Assembly (NCBI GenBank): GCA_050084985.1
Contig: JBITNC010000001.1
Coordinates: 190,898,001 to 190,962,000, forward strand
Direction of reading: 5' to 3'
From: Nageia nagi
Taxonomy: Eukaryota; Plantae; Pinophyta
DNA length: 64,000 bases
In this document: in pieces, positions 12,239-23,650 of the stretch
Layout: each line of letters begins with the position of its first letter
Numbering within the stretch: the stretch's first letter is position 1
Notes under the pieces: model-generated
What the model saw: only the letters and a program-made list of their open reading frames with translations
The model's database searches: none
What the model was told of the DNA's origin: nothing
Translations under genes and position numbers: made by a program

Positions 12239-15200
12239 ATGGCAGAAGAAGGGAGGCTGAAGGTGGAAAGATTTAATGGGCAAGGATTTCAGTTTTGGAA
12301 AATGCAAATGGAAGACTACCTCTACCAAAAGGATCTCTATATACCTCTAGAAGATAAGAGTAAGAAACCTACTACTATGAGTGATGGAGAATGGAACTTG
12401 TTGGATAGAAAGGCTTTGGGAGCTGTAAGACTTTGTTTAAGTTCTAGTGTAGCTTTCAATATTTCCAATGAAACAACCACTAAAGGTGTAATGGATAAAC
12501 TTGCTAAAATGTATGAAAAACCATCCGCCTCAAACAAAGTATACTTAATGAAGAAATTGTTTAACATGAAGATGAATGAAGGTAGTTCAGTTCAAGACCA
12601 TGTTAATGAATTTAACACAGTCACAAATCAATTAACTTCAGTAAAAATAGAATTTGAAGATGAAGTAAGAGCTTTGTTAATTCTATGTTCACTTCCGGAT
12701 AGTTGGAATAGCTTTGTTATGGCTGTTAGTAATTCTTCTTCTAATGCAAAATTGGTCTTTGATGAAGTTGTTGGAACAATTCTTAGTGAGGACATGAGGA
12801 GAAAGTCCACGGGAGAATGCTCCAATGCTGCTCTCACAGTAGAGATAAGAGGAAGATCAAAGGAAAGAAGGAGAAGCAAGTCAAGAAGCAAATCACAAGG
12901 AAGGTCAAAATCAAAAGGTAAAACTAAATTGGAATGTTGGCATTGTGGTAAAAAGGGTCACATTAAAAGGGATTGTTGGAATAGGAAAGGAAATAAAAGT
13001 AGTAATAATAATGAAAGCACAAGTAACCAAGAGGCAAATATTGTTGGTGAATTAATTCAAGATGCTTTAATCATGTCTCATGAAATGAATGGTGATTATT
13101 GGGTTCTTGATTCGGGTGCTTCATATCATGCTACTCCAAATAAGAACTATTTTTCAAATTACACACATGGTGACTTTGGTCAAGTATTATTAGGTAATGA
13201 ACACCCATGCAAGATTGTTGGTATTGGCAATATAACAATGAAATTACCTAATGGAACACAATGGACTCTTAATGAAGCTAGACACATTCCGTATCTTAAA
13301 AGAAATCTTATATCAACAAGTAAATTGGATAAGGAGGGCTATGTGATGACATTCGGGGATGCTAGTTGGAAAGTAACTAAAGGTTCAATGGTATTTGCAA
13401 AGGGAAATTTGGTGGGGTCTCTTTATTTGCTCACAAATGTCTTTGATTATTCATTGAATCTTGTTTCAATAGGCAATGATACATCACTATGGCATAATAG
13501 ACTTGGACATATGAGTGAAAAAGGTATGAAAATGTTACACTCTAATGGTTCAATCCCTAATCTAAAAGAAGTTGATTTAGAATTTTGTGAAGATTGTGTG
13601 TATGGAAAACAAAAAAGGGTTAATTTTCTTAAAGTTGGCAATGAAAAGAAGAGTCACAAATTAGAGCTTGTTCATACAGATGTGTGGGGTCCTGCACAGG
13701 TTTGCTCACTTGGAGGCTCATCTTATTTTGTCACTTTTATTGATGATTGTACTAGAAAGACATGGGTATACTGTATTAAAAAGAAATCTGATGTGTTTGA
13801 AACATTTAAGAGGTGGAAGGCATTGGTTGAGAATGAAACTAATTCTAAGTTGAAATGTCTTAAGTCCGATAATGGTGGGGAATTTTGCAATAATGAGTTT
13901 GATTCATTTTGTTCACACAATGGCATTAGAAGGATTAAGGTGGTCCCTAGAACTCCACAGGAAAATGGGGTTGCAAAAAGAATGAATAGGACTATCTTAG
14001 AAAGGGCTAGAAGTATGAGGATACATGCTGGGTTTCCTTTGAATCTTTGGGCTGATGCTATTGACACTGCTGTTTACTTGATTAACAGGGGTCCATCTAT
14101 GGCTTTAGATGGAGGCATTCCAGAGGAGATGTGGACAGGAAAAAAGGTGAATTACTCATTCTTGAGAGTCTTTGGTTGTGAGGCTTTTGCACATGTTGAT
14201 AAAGAGGATAGAAAGAAACTTGATGCAAAATCACAAAAATGCTATCTTGTTGGATATGGTGTTAATGATTTGGGATATAGGTTATGGGATGTTGATAACC
14301 ATAAAATCATTAGAAGTAGAGATGTTGTATTCAATGAGAAAAGCATGTATAAAGATAGATTGCAAAAGGTTGAGGAACCTAAGTTTGTATCTCTAGAAGA
14401 TGTTGATCAATATAAGGATCTTGTTAATAATAATGATCAAGCACCTCCACCACAAACACCTCAAACTTTGTCACTAAGAAGATCCTCAAGGATTAGTAAA
14501 CCTCCTGAACGATACTCTCCTGCTCTTTATCATATTCTTTATACTGATGGTGGTGAACCTGAATGTTTTGATGAAGCTATGCAGGGTGATACACAGATTA
14601 AGTGGGAGCATGCTATGAAGGAGGAGATGGACTCCTTACTCAAGAATCAGACTTGGAGTTTGGTTGAGCTTCCAGAGGGTAAGAAGGCACTTACTAACAA
14701 ATGGGTGTACAGGATAAAGGAGGAGGTAGACGGGTGACAAAGGTACAAAGCAAGACTTGTAGTAAAAGGTTTTGAACAGAAAAAAGGTATCGATTATGAT
14801 GAGATTTTTTCTCCAGTTGTTAAAATGACCTCGATTAGAGCAATATTGAGTCTTGTTGCTACTGAAAATTTGTTTCTTGAACAACTGGATGTAAAGACAG
14901 CTTTTCTTCATGGGGATTTGGAGGAGGATATTTATATGCATCAACCCAAAGGTTTTGAGGTCAAAGGTAAAGAAGGGTATGTATGTAAATTAGAAAAAAG
15001 CTTGTACGGTTTGAAGCAAGCACCTAGGCAATGGTATCATAAGTTTGACACTTTCATGATAACAAATGAATTTGTAAGATGTCAATCTGATCATTGTGTA
15101 TATGTAAAGAAGACAACAAATGGCAACTATGTAATCTTGCTTTTATATGTTGATGATATGTTGGTAGCAGGATCTAGTATGCAGGATATTGTTGATCTTA

Positions 15201-16120
15201 AGAAAAAGTTGGCTAATATTTTTGAAATGAAAGATTTGGGTGAAGCTAAACAAATCCTTGGAATGAAAATAACAAGAGATAAACAAAACCACTTGCTTAG
15301 ACTAAGTCAAGAAGATTATATTGATAAGGTTCTTAAAAGGTTCAATATGAAAGATGCAAAATCTGTAACTACACCATTGGCAAAGCATTTTAAACTCACC
15401 AAACATTTATGTCCTAAGACAGATAAGGAAAAGGAGTACATGACTAAGGTTCCTTATGCTTCAGCGGTTGGAAGTTTAATGTATGCAATGGTGTGCACTA
15501 GACCAGATATAGCACAAGCAGTGGGAGTGGTTAGTAGATTGATGAACAATCCAGGAAAAGGGCATTGGGAAGCAGTTAAATGGATCCTTAGGTATTTAAA
15601 GGGTACTTCTCATTACTCTTTATGTTTTGGTGGATCTAACTCTTGTTTGCAAGGTTATGTTGACTCTGACATGGCAGGTGATATAGATGGTGGGAGAAGC
15701 ACTACAGGATATGTGTTTACCATTGGAGGTACAGCGGTTAGTTGGATTTCAAAGCTTCAACAGGTTGTGGCTCTCTCCACTACTGAGGCAGAGTATGTTG
15801 CGATCACGGAGGCGAGTAAAGAATTGATTTGGTTGAAGAGATTGATGGAGGAACTGGGAAAGGTGCAGGAGGATGCGAAGCTATGGAGTGATAGCCAGAG
15901 TGCTATTCATCTTGCAAAGAACTCAGCCTACCATTCGAAAACCAAGCATATCAAATTGAGGTACCACTTCATCAGGACAGCGTTGGAGGATGGTTCAGTC
16001 AGTTTGGGGAAGATTCACACGTCTCAAAATCCTGCGGACATGTTCACTAAAGTTGTTACAAAGGAGAAGTTGGGCTCTTGCTCAACTTGGATTGGTCTTA
16101 AGGAGGAAAGGCCAAGATGA
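12239..16120 (+). pseudogene. Copia gag-pol polyprotein with one premature stop (14735-14737)
   Basis: MAEEGRLKVERFNG start; CWHCGKKGHIKRDC knuckle; WVLDSGAS protease; HHCC plus D-D-(E to K) integrase; LYVDDML RT; YVDSD..EAEY..SDSQSA RNase H. The two listed ORFs are in the same frame across the TGA. Confidence 0.95.
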
Positions 16121-16157
16121 GAAGCTTTTGACTCTTGTTGCAGAGGAAGAAGTCTCC

Positions 16158-16167
16158 AAGTGGGAGA
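16158..16167 (+). promoter_or_regulatory. Polypurine tract
   Basis: AAGTGGGAGA just upstream of the 3' LTR. Confidence 0.85.
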
Positions 16168-16168
16168 T

Positions 16169-16712
16169 TGTTAGAAAATGGAGACTACAACCGGCTAGAA
16201 AATAGAGAGCAGTTTCTTTCTCGTTTAACACCAAATTTCAGTTGCCAAGAAGCCATGACATTTGGTTATCAGTTATAGAAGGGTTGGGGGTACCTAACGA
16301 CCTTCCTGATCCAACTTGGGTTTAAGTTGGGTTAGTTTGTACCTATAAATAAGAGGCTTGAGTTGAGGCATGCAGTATTGTAGTTTTGACAACAATTGTG
16401 AAGTAGATTGTGATTGTTGAGAGAGAGATTGTAGTGAGGTTTTGTTGTAACTCCAAAGTGAAGATTGTAGCAAGGTTATGCTGCTGGTTTGTTGCTTGGA
16501 GGACTTTGAAGAATGATATGCAAAAGGGTTGAAAGCTTCTCTGTGGATGTAGCCTACATTGGGTGAACCACGTTATCTCTTGTGTCTCTCTTTGTGTGAT
16601 TGATGTTCATGGTTATTTGATTTCAGTAGTATGCTTTGAATGTTGTTTTTTTTGCTAAGGAGTAAGAGAATTATTGATGCTCTTGCTTATATAAACTTAT
16701 TAAATCCTAACA
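16169..16712 (+). repeat. 3' LTR (544 bp)
   Basis: TGTTAG...CTAACA followed by TSD GGTCC. Confidence 0.97.
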
Positions 16713-18806
16713 GGTCCCAGGCACAGTATGAAGTTCTAGTTTCTCTGAAGGTTCCTTATATATCTTGCAAATAGGAGCAGAAAACATTCCATCCCTTATG
16801 CAGATCATACTCATGCTTAATTAAGTTCAGGACATTGTCTGGAAGACTTGGACCAAATTCAAGGCAGTCCGTGAATATTGTCATGTACATCTTTCTCCTT
16901 ACCTGGTAACCAGGATTAGGTTCACTTAGATAAACTTAGGTTTCAGAACGAACATCACAAGTTGATATGAAGCAGATATTGGCCTTACACAATTTTGCCC
17001 TCGAACTTTCAACTCAAATCTTTGGGCTTACATTAGCATTTGTGAGGTTGTCAATGTGTGCCAGATCAAGCTGTATGAGTCATCTAGGTCGGATGAGGTT
17101 TCAGTCAAACGCTATCGGATTTGCACCATCCAATGAAAGCAGACTATACCACCAAATGGTTGCAAAGGCAGTCTTCCAAATTTAGATGAAGTGGTTCTCT
17201 GGATCAGTGCCTGCATAGAAGAATTGTCATTTGATGTAGTAGCAATTTCTTCTCTTGTATATATTTCCATCTATAAAGTTAACTCCCTTTCCACGTAGCC
17301 CGATTCACTAAAGCCCTTCATGACTGCAAGTATGTTAAATTGACTGAGTTTTCTTTGCATGCCAGTTCTTTGTCAGACTGCATGTGCTTAGTCTAATCTA
17401 GCCAGTGTTGATCTACATCCTTTTCATCTATTTGACTATGCTACTGAAAAGTATACAACTGAGATTGTTAGCTGGTTAAATTCCTTTTTTATTTAATTTC
17501 ATTAATTTTATGCTTACGTGTGCACATATCATTGTATCACAGGAAGTTCTGTTTTATCGTAATGGAGTTTTATTTGTTTGTAAGAATTTCCCCTTGCTTC
17601 TTGTAGTTTTTGCTTATACTGATTAAACTTATGGTTCCATACGTTTTTTTTCGTAGGGCTAATTCTGCTGCTTTTGAGTTAAAAAGTCCCCACATTGCTT
17701 CTTACATTTTTATTCCCTTTTCCATCCCATTTGCTTGGAAGGAGAATATAGTCAACTAAAGTTTCATTTTTAATATGTTCTCTTCATCTATTTTCTATTT
17801 CATTGTAAACAGCCCAAATAGAATTGTATCCCCAAATCCAATCCATATCTGAGCTTATCTTTGACATCAAAGAAATCAACAAACGGAAGTGTGTCGGTGT
17901 TCATAAACTGAATTTGAAACCCTTAGAGGAGGAGTTCAAGAAGCATTACGTGTGTTGAATCTAAATGAAAGTCTTCATGAGATATAAAAACAAGCATAGT
18001 TATGTGTGTTGAAATCTGGGATGCATACTAGTTTCTTCAACTTCAAATAACCAACAACATAACGTGCACAACAAACAAGCTTCCAACTATTTGTTTTGCA
18101 GACCAGGTTGGGAAGAACAAAACAAATGCTTTATAATTTATCCACTAACAGCAGTGGTGCCTACAAAGGTTGAGCGTTATTCTTATTTTGTCTGAAATGA
18201 AAATTTCTATTTGCAATCGTTTAGGGCAAAAGTGACTTATCAGGTTGCAAATTTCATTTTTGTACATTGTCATTGTGGTGGAGAAAGCTTGCGTAATTTA
18301 AAACTAAAGAGTGGTGACGAGAGGCAATTAGTGCAAATGGATGAACTCCAGAGTGGCATGAATAGAAGTAAAGTCCCTTCATGCTTTGGCACATCAAATG
18401 GTTTATCTTCATCCGCTATTATAAGTTATGACCAAGGGTCCTATCAGATCCTAGACACTAGATGAGATGATTCACTGCTTCTATTGATTAGTAAGAAAGT
18501 TTGATTTCAGATTGAAGGAATGCCTTCAAACTTTGTGCGTTCTAACAACTATGACAGTTGTATGATTCCAACTTTTTTGGAATCAAAACAATCAGTCTTC
18601 TACGTAAAGGAAATTAAATAACAAAAAAGGTTTCAAATAAGCGGTTTCCTATATTAAATGGGTAAAGAAGGCAGCAAAATATGGTGCAGGTTTTCAAACA
18701 GAGAATATGAATGTTCTTTAAAATTCCTCAGCAAAGTATACAAGTCTAGTTTTTGAAATTCTGAGTTACTAAGTTCGAAAGAAATGATACATATTTATTG
18801 TTGCAG

Positions 18807-18878
18807 ATCATTTTGGAAGGAATGGGTCGTGCTTTGCATACCAACTACAATGCTCATTTTAAATGTGAAGTTTTGAAG
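18807..18878 (+). CDS. PANK2: PANK2 exon (EGMGR motif), followed by a probable GC donor
   Basis: ttgcag|ATC...AAG|gcatgg; encodes IILEGMGRALHTNYNAHFKCEVLK. Confidence 0.9.
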
Positions 18879-18993
18879 GCATGGCACACCCACTTCTATT
18901 GTTATTTTCTTGCACTATCTTAAGTATTTAACATTAACTTCATATTCTTGAATAGTGGATTGAAGTTTGAATTACATGTTTTCTTGGGAACAG

Positions 18994-19083
18994 CTTGCAA
19001 TGGTGAAGAACCAAAGGCTGGCTGAGAAAATTGTGAATGGGAACATTTACGATTGCATATGTCGATACGAACCAGCAGTTTAA
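18994..19083 (+). CDS. PANK2: PANK2 terminal coding exon
   Basis: gaacag|CTT...GTT TAA; encodes LAMVKNQRLAEKIVNGNIYDCICRYEPAV*, matching the PANK2 C-terminus. Confidence 0.95.
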   Translation, partial: LAMVKNQRLAEKIVNGNIYDCICRYEPAV

Positions 19084-19576
19084 ACCTTTTGTGATTCGTT
19101 TTCATAATGTAATACATTTTTATCAACTCCTTTCTTGCAAAATAAGGCAAGGGGAACCTGGTCAAAACTTCGTAACTTCTACAGTTCAAAATTTATCAAT
19201 TCAGAAGCCATCCTTCTGAATCCATTTGTGTGATGATTATGTTTTCTTCTGTTTTTTTTTTCTAATATTTTCACTGTTCAGTAATATTTTCACTGATCGG
19301 TAATATTTACAGGAACAAACTCCATAAATGGGGAAGCCATTTTGTTGAAAAATATGGTGCAAGTTGTACACCATGTTCTTATCGTTTACAGCAAGAGAAG
19401 GTACTAACCTTATGTTTCTCTGTTCTGGCATCATCCAATTATAATGTGCACCTTTGAAGGCATGGGACACCCACTTGTATTGTTATTTTCTTGCACTGTT
19501 TTTAATTCTTGATAATTAGCTTCAGATTCTAGAATAATGGACTGAAGTTTAAAATTACATGTGTTCTTTGGAACAT

Positions 19577-19664
19577 TTTGCAATTGTGAAGAACCAGAGA
19601 CTTACTAAGAAAATTGTAAATGGAAACATTTATGATCACGTGTTTCTATGAACCAGCAGTTTTA
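19577..19664 (+). pseudogene. Pseudo-exon copy of the PANK2 terminal exon
   Basis: Acceptor CAG changed to CAT; reads FAIVKNQRLTKKIVNGNIYDHVFL* after a 2-nt deletion. Confidence 0.85.
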
Positions 19665-20705
19665 CTCTCTTGTGATCCTTTTTCATAATATAATACGTTT
19701 TTATCAACTCCTTTCTTGCAATTGAGGCACGAGAAACCTGGTCAAACCTTCATAACCATTACAGTTCCAAATCTATTTTGCATTTCTATTGATTCAGAAG
19801 CTACCCTTTTGAATCTATTTGGGTGATGATTGTTTTACTCCTGTCTTTTTAATATTATCACTTATCAGTAATATCGGTAGGAACGAACTATGTGAATGGT
19901 GAAACCATTTTGTTAAAAAACAGCATGTAAGTTGTACACCATAATATTATCTATTACAGCAAGAGAAGACTCTGTTCTGACAACCTCCTATTTATAATTT
20001 CCAAATACCAAGATTAGAAAAAAATAGTTTTCTGGGAGCTATTATAAAGAAGCCCAAGTTCTAATCTCATTGTACCTTACATATTGATTTTTCATTTTTT
20101 TGGTAATGGTTGGTTTCCTTTAGAGAACAATGGAACAGAAAAATTCAATTGTTTTATAAGTTCTTTTCTGATACTGACAATATCAAATTTTGGTAAATAT
20201 AATGCATTATTAATAAGTAATACAAGATGATCGAATTGTGCGGTTAGATTACATGTTATGAATTGAAGGAACTGAATTGCAAGGTGCAAGGAAGTAAGAT
20301 ATGCATCTTTTACCCCCACCCCAATTACAGCTCTGGTCAGGAAAACTTAGTCCAGCATAAATGGTGAGCACCCAACAAACATCTCCTGAAGCAAGGGGGA
20401 ATTTATGAAGATAGACTCCAATAATCAACATGGCAAAGTAGAGCAAGACTAGTGGGAGACATCAACACTCACGTAAATAATTGAAGGAACAAGCAGATGT
20501 GGATGAAAACGGGACGTGTACTAGTTGTGAAGATAATCTATTGGTACTTTCGATCAAGCCTAAATGAACCCTATAGTAAATCGTCTCCTGAAACATACCC
20601 ATTTATAAGTTCGTCGGTAGTCCAATGCAAGAAAAGGACAGGAGTTTGGACTATGGCCACACGGAAGACGAACACAATTTTCAACATTCACATGGGCACA
20701 AGGAG

Positions 20706-20936
20706 CTACTTCATTAAGGTCTTCTGTTTATAAAAAGACAAATGTAAGCATGTTTGAGAAACCTTGGTGTGTCGGATCATCTGGTTGCTTGTTGAAACCA
20801 TGGACTCCATGCTAAACACGTCTACTTTACTAAGGTCTTCTGCATACAAGAAGACAAACGTTAAGCATTCTTGAGAAACCTGTGTGTGTCAAATCATTTG
20901 GTTTCTTGTTGAAGCCATGGAATCTAAGCTATCACG
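20706..20936 (+). repeat. Two-copy tandem repeat, period 116 bp
   Basis: CTACTT..AAGGTCTTCTG..AGACAAA..TTGAGAAACCT..GTGTGTC..CTTGTTGAA.CCATGGA starting at 20706 and 20822. Confidence 0.85.
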
Positions 20937-21667
20937 TAAGAGGATAACCATTTAGAGGTGGTGTGTCAATCGCTTCAACATGTTAGCGCACAATTGGAGA
21001 GATGAAATCCTACAAGCAACTAGAAATCAAATAGGCAAGTCTATTAATACAATACTTGAAACTATTTCAAAACAATATACTATTTGCTGGATTGTGCTTT
21101 ACAATAGAGCTAAGAAAGCCCTTTTGCAATAGTATCACATAGCATTGGCTAGATAGTGCATCAAAATAGAGCTAAAAAATTCTTTCCCCAAAAAATCTGG
21201 TTTGTAGAGGACAAATAGTAAAGCATCATGTGCAATGAACATTGACACCTTGCATGAAAATGTCCAATTCAATAGATGCCTCAACAAACAATTAATCCAA
21301 ATGATTTGGTTATTAAAGGTAGGAAACACTCGCAAAAAAGAACATCCACTCTACCTGCTTAATGTGGCCAACTTTTTCCCCTTACTACTACATTCAAGCA
21401 CTTAGGGTGTTGTTGAAGTTAGGTGTACCTCTAAATTTTTTGAATTTTTCCTTTTTTTTTTTTTTTTGTTATGATGTGAATTAGATCCTATTTCTTATGC
21501 AAGTTTGAGTTGAAATTTGATGTATTATAAGTCCAATGAATCCCTATTGTACACAATGAACTTAACAAACAAATTGATGTAGTTGCAATCATATTGAATG
21601 AATGGTTGAGATAGTTGTAACCACATCAATTTATGCCATACACAATGAACCAATGGAAGAACAAAAT

Positions 21668-22750
21668 TGTAACATCCCTTTTGTACTATATAAAAATAAT
21701 GTAAGAGCCAAAAGGGATGTCTTAATAACATCCCTTTTGGAGTTTGTTTTGTAGTTTGATTTGTGGTTTGTTTTGTATAACTTGGGATAGGAATTAATTC
21801 GTCCATGGAACCCACTATGAGCCCCTAATGGGACATATCCCTCCCAAGTGTAGAATAGGATATATATTAATGTACTTGGAGATCTCAGACTTGATTGTGG
21901 GAATCCCAAGAGCTTGTATACATTAATTAGCTATGATAGAGGATTGCATGCTTGTGCCAACCTTGGGGAGTCCCCTAGACCCCACGTTGGCCATCCTAGA
22001 CTCCTAGGCTTCCACACATGACACCAAGACCCATGTGGGCATGCGTGGCACCCTAGACCCTATGCTAGCATTTATGGCACCCAGGAATCCCACGTTGGCA
22101 TGCTTGACACCTAGGCACCCATGTTGGGCATCCCAGGCCCTTTGGAGGCTAATGTTAGGGCCTTAGAGCCTAATGATGATTTCGAGGTGAGATCCAAGAC
22201 TTGGTGAAGAGTGTAAGAAGACTTGTAGGCTCATTGGATGGATAGACTTGATTATTAGACCTTTACAGTTCTACATCGTCTAGTGGATAGAACCTTAGTG
22301 GAGCGCTAAGTGTATTCCTTAGGTGGAGCACCTAAGAGAGTTGTCAGGCAGAGGGATCTTGACAATCTACGACATTGGTGGAAACACCTTTTTTCCATCC
22401 GATGGTATCCAAGGTGGAGTCTCTACCACTTGCGTGGTTATCCAAATTTGAAGAGGGCCCCTTTGGTGGGGAGGAGTCCGATTGTGAGGAGGCACTACTA
22501 TCCGACGTCCGTCCAAAAACATCAGGAGAGTTCGTTCAATCCAATTCAACTCCCAGGAGGTTGACGTCAGCCCTTTGGGCTAGGTATTGTATTGTTTCTC
22601 ATTGTTCATAAATAATATAAGTTGTGGGCACTTTGGATGTCAGCTATTGTTGGTATTTTGGCATCGTTTGGCCTCATTGTGCATGTGTGTATCCAACGTT
22701 GGCATTATTGGGTTGTAATTATTGCATGTTGTGAATATTGGCCCATCGCA
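21668..22750. mobile_element. Probable solo LTR, distantly related to 4839-6105
   Basis: Begins TGTAACATCCC; shares GATTGTGGGAATCCC and the TCCATCCGrTGGTAT.CCAAGG block with the first solo LTR. Right end and TSD are unclear. Confidence 0.6.
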
Positions 22751-22920
22751 ACCAAAATGAAAACTATCAACCAAAAACAAAAGTATTGAAATTGAGCACA
22801 AGGTCACCTAATGGTTAAGAATAAAACCTAATAGATGAAGCAACATTGGATAAGGTAGTCTTCTCAAAAGAGTTCACACAATTAAGCATGAGAGGTATGG
22901 GTGAAGGAATAAGAATCCCC

Positions 22921-23650
22921 ATGAAAATGATATCTTGGGATTTGAGGGGGTTCAATTTAAACAAAGAGTGTCGATGATATTATTCTAATGTCACAAACCA
23001 AATATGTGCCTATTTCAAGAAACAAGTTTCATGAAGGTGGAAATTAATAGTGGTTTGCTTGGGATATGTAAATATGGAGAATTGGTAACAAAAAGTGCAA
23101 TATCAAACTTACGAGGGTTGGCCACTATGTGGAATTTGAGATCAACAAAATGCATGTTACTTGCAAACCAAATAAACCTCTTCATTAAATAAAGAGCACA
23201 AAAAGATTAAAAATTTAATAACAATTGATATGTTTAGAGTCTTTAGACCACGATAATCATAAATTCAAAATCATACTTGACTTATGCTTTTAAATATAGC
23301 TAACATATACACTTCATCCAATTAGGTTCTTGAAGAAGACTCCAATGGTATCATTTATTGTAGAGATGAGTTCACCTTGATATTAACATGGATAGTATTG
23401 TTGAACTTTTGCCCAAATAAACCCCTTGAAATCCAAGCATGAAGAATGTGATTTTTATATAGAATAATTTTAGACAAGGAAAACAAATAAGTCAAGAAAG
23501 ATATCACAATTTTATTCTTGAAGAATCATCGTTGGACAATAGGTATGTGATTAAAATTGAACTACAAGAAAATATTACATCTAATCACTAGCCTATTCAA
23601 CTAACTATTGCCCTCCCAAGATATGAAGGCTCCCCTTCAAGATTCAAACA
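22921..23650 (+). mobile_element. L1-type LINE ORF2 endonuclease remnant
   Basis: MKMISWDLRGFN (cf. MKIISWNVRGLN), CLFQET, RGLATMWN, SNH*PIQL (SDHxP), PFK; many stops. Confidence 0.65.

Larger units (their letters stand above)
11616..16712 (+). mobile_element. Full-length Ty1/copia LTR retrotransposon (Tnt1/Tork-like), 5097 bp, in a PANK2 intron
   Basis: Two TG..CA LTRs, TSD GGTCC (11611-11615 and 16713-16717), PBS, PPT, and domain order gag-PR-INT-RT-RH. Confidence 0.98.
18862..20000 (+). repeat. Two-copy tandem duplication (period ~581 bp) of the last intron, terminal exon and 3'UTR of PANK2
   Basis: TTTGAAGGCATGG at 18872 and 19453; colinear similarity continues to AGCAAGAGAAG..CTCTGTTCTG near 19390-19430 and 19958-19980. 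Confidence 0.92.

Noticed and set aside
14735-14737. Programmed stop-codon readthrough between the two copia ORFs (TGA CAA)
   Set aside because: The stop lies inside the RT domain, not at a gag/pol or pol/env boundary; a point mutation is simpler.
12337-14944. Several short minus-strand ORFs
   Set aside because: Antisense shadows of the copia polyprotein.
17810-17960. Short open frame in a PANK2 intron (QIQSISELIFDIKEINKRKC...) as a cryptic exon
   Set aside because: No PANK2 homology, ends in a stop, and flanking exons already join without a gap.
20249-20446. 65-aa Cys/Trp-containing minus-strand ORF
   Set aside because: Non-ATG start in the track, no recognisable family and no supported splice structure.
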